DNA of 61,396 nucleotides from Saccostrea cucullata (taxonomy: Eukaryota), in contig NW_026934719.1 of the NCBI RefSeq assembly GCF_032062105.1, positions 1-61,396 of the forward strand, written 5' to 3'. The notes under the pieces are model-generated. The model made no database searches. It had not been told where the DNA came from and worked only from the letters and a program-made list of their open reading frames with translations. Of the stretch, positions 13,256 through 28,226 are shown piece by piece. Numbering within the stretch: position 1 is the stretch's first letter; each line of letters opens with the position of its first letter. A program made the position numbers and the translations under genes.

Positions 13256-14953
13256 ATGGAGGATAAGTTACAAATACTGAAGTTCGACAAGCCGTGGTAT
13301 GTTATGGTGGAAGACCATGAAATGTGTCAGGTAATTTCAAATTAAATACTACATGCACGTGTCTCATGCATTCTAACACAAGAACAGTGTTTACAAACTT
13401 GGAGACTTTTTTGTCGTTTAATGACGAGTGAGTGAAATAGATCACAAATGCCCAGTTCAACGGTCAGTCATATTAGATTAAATCAAATATAAGCGCTCGA
13501 ATAACTTAGTAGACCTTTCTTAATTTTCACTTGATGGGTTGTAGTTAATATTAAGCTGTCCTAAGTTTTCACAAGTATCGTGCAGAATATTCGAAAAGTA
13601 TAGAGTGGTCTTTTGACCATCACCTAACTGTTTGACGCGATGCTGCATGTCCGAAATAAATTGACAGTTTTCACTGTATGTTTACAGCTGTGTGTTTAAG
13701 AACAAAGCTTTTTTGTGAAGCAGATAGGTTCTACAGAGTACCAGTTTAGAATTGTAAATTCAATCAATTGATTAACATTAATTGTCGCATTTTCTTCATT
13801 CTAGAGCATTTTTGACGATCTTCTTGAAAAAGTGGATAGAGAGATTGCTATCAAAAACAAACTGGACGCTCTAATGGCAAGAGCGCAGGTATTCATATGT
13901 TACATGCCTTTGTATATTTATAAATTGCATTTTGATTGGAAATATGTCGATTTGGCAATTTTGTCTTTTCGATTCTGAACTGAAAAAAAAAATTTTATGT
14001 GTTTTAAAAAATATTTACATTAATTTTAGGAAAGGCAAAGGAGGTATGAAATTCTCAAGTTTGATAGACCGTGGTGCGAAATGGTGGAGGAACCAGAAAT
14101 ATGCGAGGTAAGCACGGAAAATGAACGTTTTCATCAATGTGCATTTTTTAAGTTTTAATGCTCTACCAGAAATCTTTAAGCATGCGCTCAGTTGTATAAA
14201 TACACCCCTTATATAGAATGTCAAACACTTTTAAATCGAAATAAATGTATCCAATAAGTACATCAGTGTCGGACAACAATCAATTTACTTGACTTTATTC
14301 TAGGATATACTCGATGACTTGACCACGGGAGTGGAGACAGAGGATGACACACGACATTTTAAACACGTGATGGCTACCGTTCTTGATGAGTTAAAGGTAG
14401 GTTGTCATCTGAAAATTTGCTTTAAAAACATTTTCTTTTTTTTAATGTAAGCTACAAAAATCTGCAGTACTGAGAATAATGTAGTTTGTGTTCAATTAAG
14501 TGACACAAAGGCAACGAAATGCAAAGATTTCATTTTAAATAAGTTATCTTTTTTTCCTCAAAAAATTAATTCCTTCTTTTTAGTCGAAAATACCCGTTCT
14601 TCAAGAACAAGAGACGACCTCGTTAAAGAAAGATGCTTCAATGAAAGACACAAACGCTGATATAAAGAAGACAGATAATACTTCTAGTGTCGTAAGTCTC
14701 TCACAATTTTACCCCCCCCCCCCCCCGCCAATAATGTAAAGCAAATATTTAGAGATTTTATTTCTTAAACTATAACATTCGAATTAATCTGACTAATTGA
14801 TTTTATTTATTTCTTTATTTTATTTTCTAACTTTTTTTCCCTATTTTCTTGCAGGTCACTCGTAGAACATTTTTCCAGAACATGAAGAAAAGGCTCCGCA
14901 AGATGTTCTTCAGTTGTTGTATGAAGCAAGGAGAAGACTGTGATACTTGTTAA
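13256..14953 (+). CDS. Array gene copy 4 (subtype A, spliced, 178 aa)
   Basis: Same exon set; ATG 13256, TAA 14951-14953. A 10-nt duplication (tacttgttaa) follows the stop. Confidence 0.87.
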
Positions 14954-17002
14954 TACTTGTTAAATATCTTCCTGTCTTTCGAATTTGAACGTTTTGTAAT
15001 TTTTTTAAGCATTTGATATCGTCCCTAAATATACACATTACCTACAAACCAAGTATTCAGTGTTGTGTTATTTTTTTAACAGTCTGAAAATTTCTTTTCC
15101 CAGTGGATATTGTGCCATATAAGCGGTTATCCATGAAGAATCTTTTTTTCCTGCAAAATCTGGTATTTAGAGCGCCGGCAGAGTGAATAGGACGAGCAAA
15201 AATAATACATATATAAACTGTGAATGATGTCATCACCAGAATGTTTTTGTGGGTGTGCACAATTTTCTAATATTGTTAAAAGATTGGACACTCTAAAATG
15301 CACCTAAAAACTGATTTAAATAATAATATAGAGTGAAATATTTAAGACAATCGAAGATTTGTAGAATTGCATTAGCGTTTTGTAATTCGTAGGTAACACG
15401 GTGGAACACCGACTTTGATAGTTATCGCAAAAGTTGTACAGTAACTGGGTCTCAACATAAATAATGTCAGTCCTACATATTTAGTTTTTGTTGACGTATA
15501 CAAAGACCAATATATTGTCATTATTTTGATATTTAATTTTATTTTGTCATTTTCCATACACCAGTCAATGAATTAATCGAATAATTCTCAGAATATCAAT
15601 ATTACCCTTTTCTCCTAACGCTGTACGTACGTAGAATATTTTTGTACATGACAAACCGCATCTCGGATCAAGACGAATTTTCAGGATATTGTAGTCAAAA
15701 TGCTAAAGAAACTTTCTGAAAAGTTTGATTGTGATTGGTCCATGTACCTAGGAATTATAGATTTTATCGGCAAGAACTTCAAATTCGTCAGAGGTCAAAA
15801 TTTCTCCATGAAGAAGAGAGAAACAAAATAAACTTTTTTATCTGGATTTTCTTCACATTTAATGATGGCATTTGATTCCCCCGATATTATTTGATATTTT
15901 ATTGTCATGTATTCATTTCTCATAATGTATGTGGAATTGATTTTAATTTTATTTCAAATAGTTTATCATGAAAAAATCATCGATTTTCCTTCGATATCTA
16001 GTATAATAGCTGTAAAGAAAAAAAAAAAAAAAGCAAACTATGAAATAAAACGAATATCGCTTTCAAAATGATCGAACTCGCAAGTCGCGACCCCCCCCCC
16101 CCTTTTTTTTTCTTTTCCTACTTTTTTTTCTTGCTGCAAGAAAGCGAAAGCAGGCTTTAAGGAGGCAGACATTGTTTGTGACACAAAGTTGTATAGAGAG
16201 GAAAATAGTTTAAGAAGACGGGATTGGTGTATAATAAATATGTTGATATTTTGATAACCGCTTGGTTGAGGCGTTGAACACTTTGAATGAGTTGAAATAA
16301 ATAAAATAAATATATTGAATGCGATTAGAACATACATAAAATGTAGAGCGAGCTTCTTTGGCACATTGCAAAGCCAGGAGTGGATCATAAGTGGTATATC
16401 TGGAAGGAAGTTCAAAGAAAAGGGGAGAGGGGGCGGGTTCAGATCTGCCTTATAAATATGGAAATTATTTTGCTATAGTATATGTTTCAAAGGGACCAAG
16501 TTCCTATTATGCTATAGATATAGGTAAGTTAGCGGTATTGCAGTGTACATACGTGTAGCATCATTCATGCAAACATTGGAGGACATATCGCACGGTATCT
16601 GCAGTCATTTCAAGGTTCGGCATGGAACGTTATGATCTCAAAGAGACACAAAACGTCACAATATGGATGACGTCATAAAAGTGAGATGTCATACTTTCTC
16701 AGTTGTCAAGGAACACTGTAGTGAAGGAAAAGGCAGCAAACATTTGGTAAGAATTTCCATAGCTTTTATTCTAAGAAATTTGTCCTTAATCCGTAAAATG
16801 AAGTAGAGAACCTGTTTCGTATCTTCCAAATGATAGAAATCGACATGTTCCGCATATTCCATTTATTAATTTTGACTTGACAATAAATAATTAAAAGGAT
16901 TAAGAAAAGTGGAAGGGCGGTTGAAATGAAATTGCAAAATAAACTTTTTTTTCTTTTTTTTTTGCAATGTAGATTTTATTTTTTCTTCTTATTTTAGAAA
17001 AC

Positions 17003-18741
17003 ATGGAGGATAAGTTACAAATACTGAAGTTCGACAAGCCGTGGTATGTTATGGTGGAAGACCATGAAATGTGTCAGGTAATTTCAAATTAAATACTACA
17101 TGCACGTGTCTCATGCATTCTAACACAAGAACAGTGTTTACAAACTTGGAGACTTTTTTGTCGTTTAATGACGAGTGAGTGAAATAGATCACAAATGCCC
17201 AGTTCAACGGTCAGTCATATTAGATTAAATCAAATATAAGCGCTCGAATAACTTAGTAGACCTTTCTTAATTTTCACTTGATGGGTTGTAGTTAATATTA
17301 AGCTGTCCTAAGTTTTCACAAGTATCGTGCAGAATATTCGAAAAGTATAGAGTGGTCTTTTGACCATCACCTAACTGTTTGACGCGATGCTGCATGTCCG
17401 AAATAAATTGACAGTTTTCACTGTATGTTTACAGCTGTGTGTTTAAGAACAAAGCTTTTTTGTGAAGCAGATAGGTTCTACAGAGTACCAGTTTAGAATT
17501 GTAAATTCAATCAATTGATTAACATTAATTGTCGCATTTTCTTCATTCTAGAGCATTTTTGACGATCTTCTTGAAAAAGTGGATAGAGAGATTGCTATCA
17601 AAAACAAACTGGACGCTCTAATGGCAAGAGCGCAGGTATTCTTATGTTACATGCCTTTGTATATTTATAAATTGCATTTTGATTGGAAATATGTCGATTT
17701 GGCAATTTTGTCCTTTCGATTCTAAACTTTAAAAAATGGCGAATTTTATGTGTTTTAAAAAATATTTACATTAATTTTAGGAAAGGCAAAGGAGGTATGA
17801 AATTCTCAAGTTTGATAGACCGTGGTGCGAAATGGTGGAGGAACCAGAAATATGCGAGGTAAGCACGGAAAATGAACGTTTTCATCAATGTGCATTTTTT
17901 AAGTTTTAATGCTCTACCAGAAATCTTTAAGCATGCGCTCAGTTGTATAAATACACCCCTTATATAGAATGTCAAACACTTTTAAATCGAAATAAATGTA
18001 TCCAATAAGTACATCAGTGTCGGACAACAATCAATTTACTTGACTTTATTTAGGATAGGATATACTCGATGACTTGACCACGGGAGTGGAGACAGAGGAT
18101 GACACACGACATTTTAAACACGTGATGGCTACCGTTCTTGATGAGTTAAAGGTAGGTTGTCATCTGAAAATTTGCTTTAAAAACATTGTTATCTTTTTTT
18201 TAATGGAAGCTACAAAAATCTGCAGAATTGAGAATAATGTAGTTTGTGTTCAATTAAGTGACACAAAGGCAACGAAATGCAAAGATTTCATTTTAAACAA
18301 GTTATCTTTTTTTTCTCAAAAAATTTATTCCTTCTTTTTAGTCGAAAATACCCGTTCTTCAAGAACAAGAGACGACCTCGTTAAAGAAAGATGCTTCAAT
18401 GAAAGACACAAACGCTGATATAAAGAAGACAGATAATACTTCTAGTGTCGTAAGTCTCTCACAATTTTACCCCCCCCCCCCCCGCCAATAATGTAAAGCA
18501 AATATTTAGAGATTTTATTTCTTAAACTATAACATTCGAATTAATCTGACTAATTGATTTTATTTATTTCTTTATTTTATTTTCTAACTTTTTTTCCCTA
18601 TTTACTTGCAGGTTTTTTTCAATTTTCTTGACCTATTTACTTCAGGTCAGTAGAACATTTTTCCAGAACATGAAGAAAAGGCTCCGCAAGATGTTCTTCA
18701 GTTGTTGTATGAAGCAAGGAGAAGACTGTGATACTTGTTAA
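17003..18741 (+). CDS. Array gene copy 5 (A/B mosaic, two duplicated splice acceptors, possibly impaired)
   Basis: ATG 17003, TAA 18739-18741. The acceptor near 18050 reads tttagGATAG|gatatactc, and the last acceptor is duplicated (AG ending 18611 and 18645). Only the downstream AGs keep frame, giving VSRTFF instead of VTRRTFF. Confidence 0.65.
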
Positions 18742-20764
18742 ATATCTGTCTTTTCCTTCTTTTATTTGAACGATTTGTAATTTTTTTAAGCATTTGATAT
18801 TGTCCCTAAATATACACATTACCTACAAACCAAGTATTCAGTGTTGTGTTATTTTTTTAACAGTCTGAAAATTTCTTTTCCCAGTGGATATTGTGCCATA
18901 TAAGCGGTTATCCATGAAGAATCTTTTTTTCCTGCAAAATCTGGTATTTGGAGCGCCGGCAGAGTGAATAGGGGGAGCAAAAATAATACATATATAAACT
19001 GTGAATGATGTCATCACCAGAATGTTTTTGTGGGTGTGCACAATTTTCTAATATTGTTAAAAGATTGGACACTCTAAAATGCACCTTAAAACTGGTTTAA
19101 AAAATAATACAGTGTGAAATATTTAAGACAAGCGAAGATTTGTAGCATTGTATTAGCGTTTTTTAATTCGTAGATAACACGGTGGAACACCGACTTTGAT
19201 AATTATCGCAAAAGTTGTACAGTAACTGGGTCTCAACATAAATAATGTCAGTCCTACATATTTAGTTTTTGTTGACGTATACAAAGACCAATATATTGTC
19301 ATTGTTTTGATATTTAATTTTATTTTGTCATTTTCCATACACCAGTCAATGAATTAATCGTATAATTCTCAGAATATCAATATTACCCTTTTCTCCTAAC
19401 GCTGTACGTACGTAGAATATTTTTGTACATGACAAACCGCATCTGGGATCAAGACGAATTTTCAGGATATTGTAGTCAAAATGCTAAAGAAACTTTCTGA
19501 AAAGTTTGATTGTGATTGGTCCATGTACCTAGGAATTATAGATTTTATCGGCAAGAACTTCAAATTCGTCAGAGGTCAAAATTTCTGCATGAAGAAGAGA
19601 GAAACAAAATAAACCTTTTTATCTGGATTTTCTTCACATTTCATTGATGGCATTTGATTCCCCCGATATTATTTGATATTTTATTGTCATGTATTCATTT
19701 CTCATAATGTATGTGGAATTGATTTTAATTTTATTTCAAATAGTTTATCATGAAAAAATTATCGATTTTCACTTGATAACTAGTATAATAGCTGTGAAAA
19801 AAAAAAACAAAACAAAAACAAAAAAACTATGAAATAAAAGGATTATCGCTTTCAAAATAATCGAACTCGCAAGTCGCAACCTTTTTTTTCCCTACTTTTT
19901 TTCTTGCTGCAAGAAAGCGAAAGTAGGGTTTAAGGAGGCAGACATTGCTTGTGGCAGAAAGTTGTATAGAGAGGAAAATAGTTTAAGAAGACGGGATTGG
20001 TGTATAATAAATGTGTTGATATTTTGATAACCGCTTGGTTGAGGCGTTGAACACTTTGAATGAGTTGAAATAAATAAAATAAATATATTGAATGCGATTA
20101 GAACATACATAAAATGTAGAGCGAGCTTCTTTGGCACATTGCAAAGCCGGGGGTGGATCATAAGTGGTATATCTGGAAGGAAGGTCAAAGAAAAGGGGAG
20201 AGGGGGCGGGTTCAGATCTGCCTTATAGATATGGAAATTACTTTGCTATAGTATATGTTTCAAAGGGACCAAGTTCAAAGATATATGTAAGTTAGCGGTA
20301 TTGCAGTGTACATACATGTAGCATCATTTATGCAAACATTAGAGGACATATTGCACGGTATCTGCAGTCATTTCAGGGTTCGGCATGGAACGTTATGATC
20401 TCAAAGAGACACAAAACGTCACAATATCGATGACGTCATAAAAGTGAGATGTCATACTTTCTCAGTTGTCAAGAAACACTGTAGTGAAGGAAAAGGTAGC
20501 AAACATTTGGTAAGAATTTCCATAGCTTTTATTCTAAGAAATTTGTCCTTATTCTGTAAAATGAAGTAGAGAACCTGTTTCATATCTTCCAAATAATAGA
20601 AATCGACATGTTCCGTATATTCATTTATTCATTTTGACTTGACAATAAATAATTAAAAGGATGAAGAGAAGTGGGAGGGCGGTTGAAATGAAATTGCAAA
20701 ATAAACTTTTTTTTTCTCTTTTCTGTAATGTGAGATTTTATTTTTTCTTCTTATTTTAGAAAAC

Positions 20765-22481
20765 ATGGAGGATAAGTTACAAATACTGAAGTTCGACAAG
20801 CCGTGGTATGTTATGGTGGAGGACCATGAGATGTGTCAGGTAATTTCAAACTAAATACTACATGCACGAGTCTCATGCATTCTAACACAAAAACAGTGTT
20901 TACAAACTTGGAGACTTTTTTGTCGTTTAATGACGAGTTAGTGAAATAGATCACAAATGCCCAATTCAACGGTCAGTCATATAAGATTTAATCAAATATA
21001 AGCGCTCGAATAACTTAGTAGACCTTTTTAATTTTCACTTCATGGGTTGTAGTTAATATTAAGCTGTCCTAAGTTTTCACAAGTATCGTGCGGAATTCGA
21101 AAAGTAGAGAGTGATCTTTCGACCATCACCTAAATGTTTGACGCGATGCTACATGTCCGAAATAAATTGACAGTTTTCATTGTATGTTTACAGTGTGTTT
21201 AAGAACAAAGTTTTTTGTGTGAAGCAGATAGGTTCTACAGAGTACCAGTTTAGAATTGTAAATTCAATCAATTGATTAACATTAATTGTCGTATTTTCTT
21301 CATTCTAGAGCATTTTTGACGATCTTCTTGAAAAAGTGGATAGAGAGATTGCTATCAAAAACAAACTGGACGCTCTAATGGCAAGAGCACAGGTATGCAT
21401 ATATTACATGCCTTTGTATATTTATAAATTGCACCTTGATTGGAAATATGTCCATTTGGGAATTTTGTCTTTTCAATTCTGAACTGAAAAAAATGGCAAA
21501 TTTTATGTGTTTTTAAAAATTATTTATATTAATTTTAGGAAAGGCAAAGGAGGTATGAAATTCTCAAGTTTGATAGACCGTGGTGCGAAATGGTGGAGGA
21601 ACCAGAAATATGCGAGGTAAGCACGGAAAATGAACGTTTACATCAATGTGCATTTTTTTTTTTAAGTTTTAATGCTCTACCAGAAATCTTTAAGCACGCG
21701 CTCAGTTGTATAAATACACCCTTTATATAGAATGTCAAACACTTTTAAATCGAAATAAATGTATCCAATAAGTACATCGGTGTCGGACAGCAATCAATTT
21801 TCTTGAGTTTATTCTAGGATATACTCGATGACTTGACCACGGGAGTGGAGACAGAGGACGACACACAACATTTTAAACACGTGATGGCTACCGTTCTTGA
21901 TGAGTTAAAGGTAGGTTGTCATATCTGAAAATTTGCTTTAAAAACATTGTGATTTTTTTTTTAATGGAAGCTACAAAATTGAGAATTGAGAATAATGTAG
22001 TTTGTGTTCAATTAAGTGACACAAAGGCAACGAAATGCAAAGATTTCATTTTAAACAAGTTATCTTTTTTTTTCTCAAAAAATCAATTCCTTCCTTTTAG
22101 TCGAAAATACCCGTTCTTCAAGAACAAGAGACGACCTTGTTAAAGAAAGATGCTTCAATGAAAGACACAAACGCTGATATAAAGAAGACAGATAATACTT
22201 TAAGTGTCGTAAGTCTCTCACAATTTTAACCCCCCCCCCCCCCCCCCGCCAATAATGTGAAGCAAATACAATGTATTTAGAGATTTTCTTTCTTATACTA
22301 TAACATTCGAATTAATCTGACTGATTGATTTTATTTATTTCTTTATTTTATTTCTAACTTTTTTTTCCCTATTTACTTGCAGGTCACTCGTAGAACATTT
22401 TTCCAGAACATGAAGAAAAGGCTCCGCAAGATGTTCTTCAGTTGTTGTATGAAGCAAGGAGAAGACTGTGATACTTGTTAA
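20765..22481 (+). CDS. Array gene copy 6 (subtype B, spliced, 178 aa)
   Basis: ATG 20765, TAA 22479-22481, splice sites intact. Versus subtype A: synonymous GAA>GAG (twice), GCG>GCA and GAT>GAC; replacements R>Q, S>L and S>L. Confidence 0.87.
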
Positions 22482-24492
22482 ATATCTGTTCCTGTCTTTC
22501 GTATTTGAACGATTTGTAATTTTTTTAAGCATTTGACATTGTCCCTAAATATACACATTACCTACAAACCAAGTATTCAGTGTTGTGTTATTTTTTTAAC
22601 AGTCTGAAAATTTCTTTTCCCAGTGGATATTGTGCCATATAAGCGGTTATCCATGAAGAATCTTTTTTCCCCTAAAATCTCGCATTTGGAGCGCCGGCAG
22701 AGTGAACAGGGGGAGCAAAAATAATACATTTATAACCTGGAATGACGTCATCACCAGAATGTTTTTGTGGGTGTGCACAATTTTCTAATATTGTTAAAAG
22801 ATTGGACACCCTAAAATGCACCTTAAAACTGATTTTAAAAATAATATAGAGTGAAATATTTAAGTCAAGCGAAGATTTGTAGCATTGTATTAGCGTTTTT
22901 TAATTCGTAGATAACACGGTGGAACACCGACTTTGATAATTATCGCTAAAGTTGTACAGTAACTGGGTCTCAACATAAATAACGTCAGTCCTACATATAT
23001 AGTTTTTGTTGACGTATACAAAGACCAATATATTGTCATTGTTTTGATATTTAATTTTATTTTGTCATTTTCCATACACCAGTCAATGAATTAATCGTAT
23101 GATTCTCAGAATATCAATATTACCCTTTTCTCCTAACTCTGTACGTACGTAGAATATTTCTGTACATGACAAACCGCATCTGGGATCAAGACGAATTTTC
23201 AGGATATTGTAGTCAAAATGTTAAAGAAACTTTCTGGAAAGTTTGATTGTGATTGGTCCATGTACCTAGGAATTATAGATTTTATCGGCAAGAACTTCAA
23301 ATTCGTCAGAGGTCAAAATTTCTGCATGAAAAAGAGAGAAACAAAATAAACCTTTTTATCTGGATTTTCTTCACATTTCATTGATGGCATTTGATTCCCC
23401 CGATATTATTTGATATTTTATTGTCATGTATTCATTTCTCATAATGTATGTGGAATTGATTTTAATTTTATTTCAAATAGTGTATCATGAAAAAATTATC
23501 GATTTCCACTTGATAACTAGTATAATAGCTGTGAAAAAAAAAACAAAAAAAAAAAAACTATGAAATAAAAGGATTATCGCTTTCAAAATAATCGAACTCG
23601 CAAGTCGCAACCTTTTTTTCCCTACTTTTTTTCTTGCTGCAAGAAAGCGAAAGTAGGGTTTAAGGAGGCAGACATTGCTTGTGGCAGAAAGTTGTACAGA
23701 GAGGAAAATAGTTTAAGAAGACGGGATTGGTGTATAATAAATGTGTTGATATTTTGATAACCGCTTGGTTGAGGCGTTGAACACTTTGAATGAGTTGAAA
23801 TAAATAAAATAAATATATTGAATGCGATTAGAACATACATAAAATGTAGAGCGAGCTTCTTTGGCACATTGCAAAGCCGGGGGTGGATCATAAGTGGTAT
23901 ATCTGGAAGGAAGGTCAAAGAAAAGGGGAGAGGGGGCGGGTTCAGATCTGCCTTATAGATATGGAAATTACTTTGCTATAGTATATGTTTCAAAGGGACC
24001 AAGTTCAAAGATATATGTAAGTTAGCGGTATTGCAGTGTACATACATGTAGCATCATTTATGCAAACATTAGAGGACATATTGCACGGTATCTGCAGTCA
24101 TTTCAGGGTTCGGCATGGAACGTTATGATCTCAAAGAGACACAAAACGTCACAATATCGATGACGTCATAAAAGTGATGATGTACTTTCTCAGTTGTCAA
24201 GAAACACTGTAGTGAAGGAAAAGGTAGCAAACATTTGGTAAGAATTTCCATAGCTTTTATTCTAAGAAATTTGTCCTTATTCTGTAAAATGAAGTAGAGA
24301 ACCTGTTTCATATCTTCCAAATAATAGAAATCGACATGTTCCGTATATTCATTTATTCATTTTGACTTGACAATAAATAATTAAAAGGATGAAGAGAAGT
24401 GGGAGGGCGGTTGAAATGAAATTGCAAAATAAACTTTTTTTTTCTCTTTTCTGTAATGTGAGATTTTATTTTTTCTTCTTATTTTAGAAAAC

Positions 24493-26206
24493 ATGGAGGA
24501 TAAGTTACAAATACTGAAGTTCGACAAGCCGTGGTATGTTATGGTGGAGGACCATGAGATGTGTCAGGTAATTTCAAACTAAATACTACATGCACGAGTC
24601 TCATGCATTCTAACACAAAAACAGTGTTTACAAACTTGGAGACTTTTTTGTCGTTTAATGACGAGTTAGTGAAATAGATCACAAATGCCCAATTCAACGG
24701 TCAGTCATATAAGATTTAATCAAATATAAGCGCTCGAATAACTTAGTAGACCTTTTTAATTTTCACTTCATGGGTTGTAGTTAATATTAAGCTGTCCTAA
24801 GTTTTCACAAGTATCGTGCGGAATTCGAAAAGTAGAGAGTGATCTTTCGACCATCACCTAAATGTTTGACGCGATGCTACATGTCCGAAATAAATTGACA
24901 GTTTTCATTGTATGTTTACAGTGTGTTTAAGAACAAAGTTTTTTGTGTGAAGCAGATAGGTTCTACAGAGTACCAGTTTAGAATTGTAAATTCAATCAAT
25001 TGATTAACATTAATTGTCGTATTTTCTTCATTCTAGAGCATTTTTGACGATCTTCTTGAAAAAGTGGATAGAGAGATTGCTATCAAAAACAAACTGGACG
25101 CTCTAATGGCAAGAGCACAGGTATGCATATATTACATGCCTTTGTATATTTATAAATTGCACCTTGATTGGAAATTGTCCATTTGGGAATTTTGTCTTTT
25201 CAATTCTGAACTGAAAAAAATGGCAAATTTTATGTGTTTTTAAAAATTATTTATATTAATTTTAGGAAAGGCAAAGGAGGTATGAAATTCTCAAGTTTGA
25301 TAGACCGTGGTGCGAAATGGTGGAGGAACCAGAAATATGCGAGGTAAGCACGGAAAATGAACGTTTACATCAATGTGCATTTTTTTTTTTAAGTTTTAAT
25401 GCTCTACCAGAAATCTTTAAGCACGCGCTCAGTTGTATAAATACACCCTTTATATAGAATGTCAAACACTTTTAAATCGAAATAAATGTATCCAATAAGT
25501 ACATCGGTGTCGGACAGCAATCAATTTTCTTGAGTTTATTCTAGGATATACTCGATGACTTGACCACGGGAGTGGAGACAGAGGACGACACACAACATTT
25601 TAAACACGTGATGGCTACCGTTCTTGATGAGTTAAAGGTAGGTTGTCATATCTGAAAATTTGCTTTAAAAACATTGTGATTTTTTTTTTAATGGAAGCTA
25701 CAAAATTGAGAATTGAGAATAATGTAGTTTGTGTTCAATTAAGTGACACAAAGGCAACGAAATGCAAAGATTTCATTTTAAACAAGTTATCTTTTTTTTT
25801 CTCAAAAAATCAATTCCTTCCTTTTAGTCGAAAATACCCGTTCTTCAAGAACAAGAGACGACCTTGTTAAAGAAAGATGCTTCAATGAAAGACACAAACG
25901 CTGATATAAAGAAGACAGATAATACTTTAAGTGTCGTAAGTCTCTCACAATTTTAACACCCCCCCCCCCCCCGCCAATAATGTGAAGCAAATACAATGTA
26001 TTTAGAGATTTTCTTTCTTATACTATAACATTCGAATTAATCTGACTGATTGATTTTATTTATTTCTTTATTTTATTTCTAACTTTTTTTTCCCTATTTA
26101 CTTGCAGGTCACTCGTAGAACATTTTTCCAGAACATGAAGAAAAGGCTCCGCAAGATGTTCTTCAGTTGTTGTATGAAGCAAGGAGAAGACTGTGATACT
26201 TGTTAA
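24493..26206 (+). CDS. Array gene copy 7 (subtype B)
   Basis: ATG 24493, TAA 26204-26206; exons match copy 6. Confidence 0.87.
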
Positions 26207-28226
26207 ATATCTGTTCCTGTCTTTCGTATTTGAACGATTTGTAATTTTTTTAAGCATTTGACATTGTCCCTAAATATACACATTACCTACAAACCAAGTA
26301 TTCAGTGTTGTGTTATTTTTTTAACAGTCTGAAAATTTCTTTTCCCAGTGGATATTGTGCCATATAAGCGGTTATCCATGAAGAATCTTTTTTCCCCTAA
26401 AATCTCGCATTTGGAGCGCCGGCAGAGTGAACAGGGGGAGCAAAAATAATACATTTATAACCTGGAATGACGTCATCACCAGAATGTTTTTGTGGGTGTG
26501 CACAATTTTCTAATATTGTTAAAAGATTGGACACCCTAAAATGCACCTTAAAACTGATTTTAAAAATAATATAGAGTGAAATATTTAAGTCAAGCGAAGA
26601 TTTGTAGCATTGTATTAGCGTTTTTTAATTCGTAGATAACACGGTGGAACACCGACTTTGATAATTATCGCTAAAGTTGTACAGTAACTGGGTCTCAACA
26701 TAAATAACGTCAGTCCTACATATATAGTTTTTGTTGACGTATACAAAGACCAATATATTGTCATTGTTTTGATATTTAATTTTATTTTGTCATTTTCCAT
26801 ACACCAGTCAATGAATTAATCGTATGATTCTCAGAATATCAATATTACCCTTTTCTCCTAACTCTGTACGTACGTAGAATATTTCTGTACATGACAAACC
26901 GCATCTGGGATCAAGACGAATTTTCAGGATATTGTAGTCAAAATGTTAAAGAAACTTTCTGGAAAGTTTGATTGTGATTGGTCCATGTACCTAGGAATTA
27001 TAGATTTTATCGGCAAGAACTTCAAATTCGTCAGAGGTCAAAATTTCTGCATGAAAAAGAGAGAAACAAAATAAACCTTTTTATCTGGATTTTCTTCACA
27101 TTTCATTGATGGCATTTGATTCCCCCGATATTATTTGATATTTTATTGTCATGTATTCATTTCTCATAATGTATGTGGAATTGATTTTAATTTTATTTCA
27201 AATAGTGTATCATGAAAAAATTATCGATTTCCACTTGATAACTAGTATAATAGCTGTGAAAAAAAAAAAAAAAAAAAAAAAACTATGAAATAAAAGGATT
27301 ATCGCTTTCAAAATAATCGAACTCGCAAGTCGCGACCTTCTTTTTTTTTTTCCCTACTTTTTTTCTTGCTGCAAGAAAGCGAAAGTAGGGTTTAAGGAGG
27401 CAGACATTGCTTGTGGCAGAAAGTTGTACAGAGAGGAAAATAGTTTAAGAAGACGGGATTGGTGTATAATAAATGTGTTGATATTTTGATAACCGCTTGG
27501 TTGAGGCGTTGAACACTTTGAATGAGTTGAAATAAATAAAATAAATATATTGAATGCGATTAGAACATACATAAAATGTAGAGCGAGCTTCTTTGGCACA
27601 TTGCAAAGCCGGGGGTGGATCATAAGTGGTATATCTGGAAGGAAGGTCAAAGAAAAGGGGAGAGGGGGCGGGTTCAGATCTGCCTTATAGATATGGAAAT
27701 TACTTTGCTATAGTATATGTTTCAAAGGGACCAAGTTCAAAGATATATGTAAGTTAGCGGTATTGCAGTGTACATACATGTAGCATCATTTATGCAAACA
27801 TTAGAGGACATATTGCACGGTATCTGCAGTCATTTCAGGGTTCGGCATGGAACGTTATGATCTCAAAGAGACACAAAACGTCACAATATCGATGACGTCA
27901 TAAAAGTGAGATGTCATACTTTCTCAGTTGTCAAGAAACACTGTAGTGAAGGAAAAGGTAGCAAACATTTGGTAAGAATTTCCATAGCTTTTATTCTAAG
28001 AAATTTGTCCTTATTCTGTAAAATGAAGTAGAGAACCTGTTTCATATCTTCCAAATAATAGAAATCGACATGTTCCGTATATTCATTTATTCATTTTGAC
28101 TTGACAATAAATAATTAAAAGGATGAAGAGAAGTGGGAGGGCGGTTGAAATGAAATTGCAAAATAAACTTTTTTTTTCTCTTTTCTGTAATGTGAGATTT
28201 TATTTTTTCTTCTTATTTTAGAAAAC

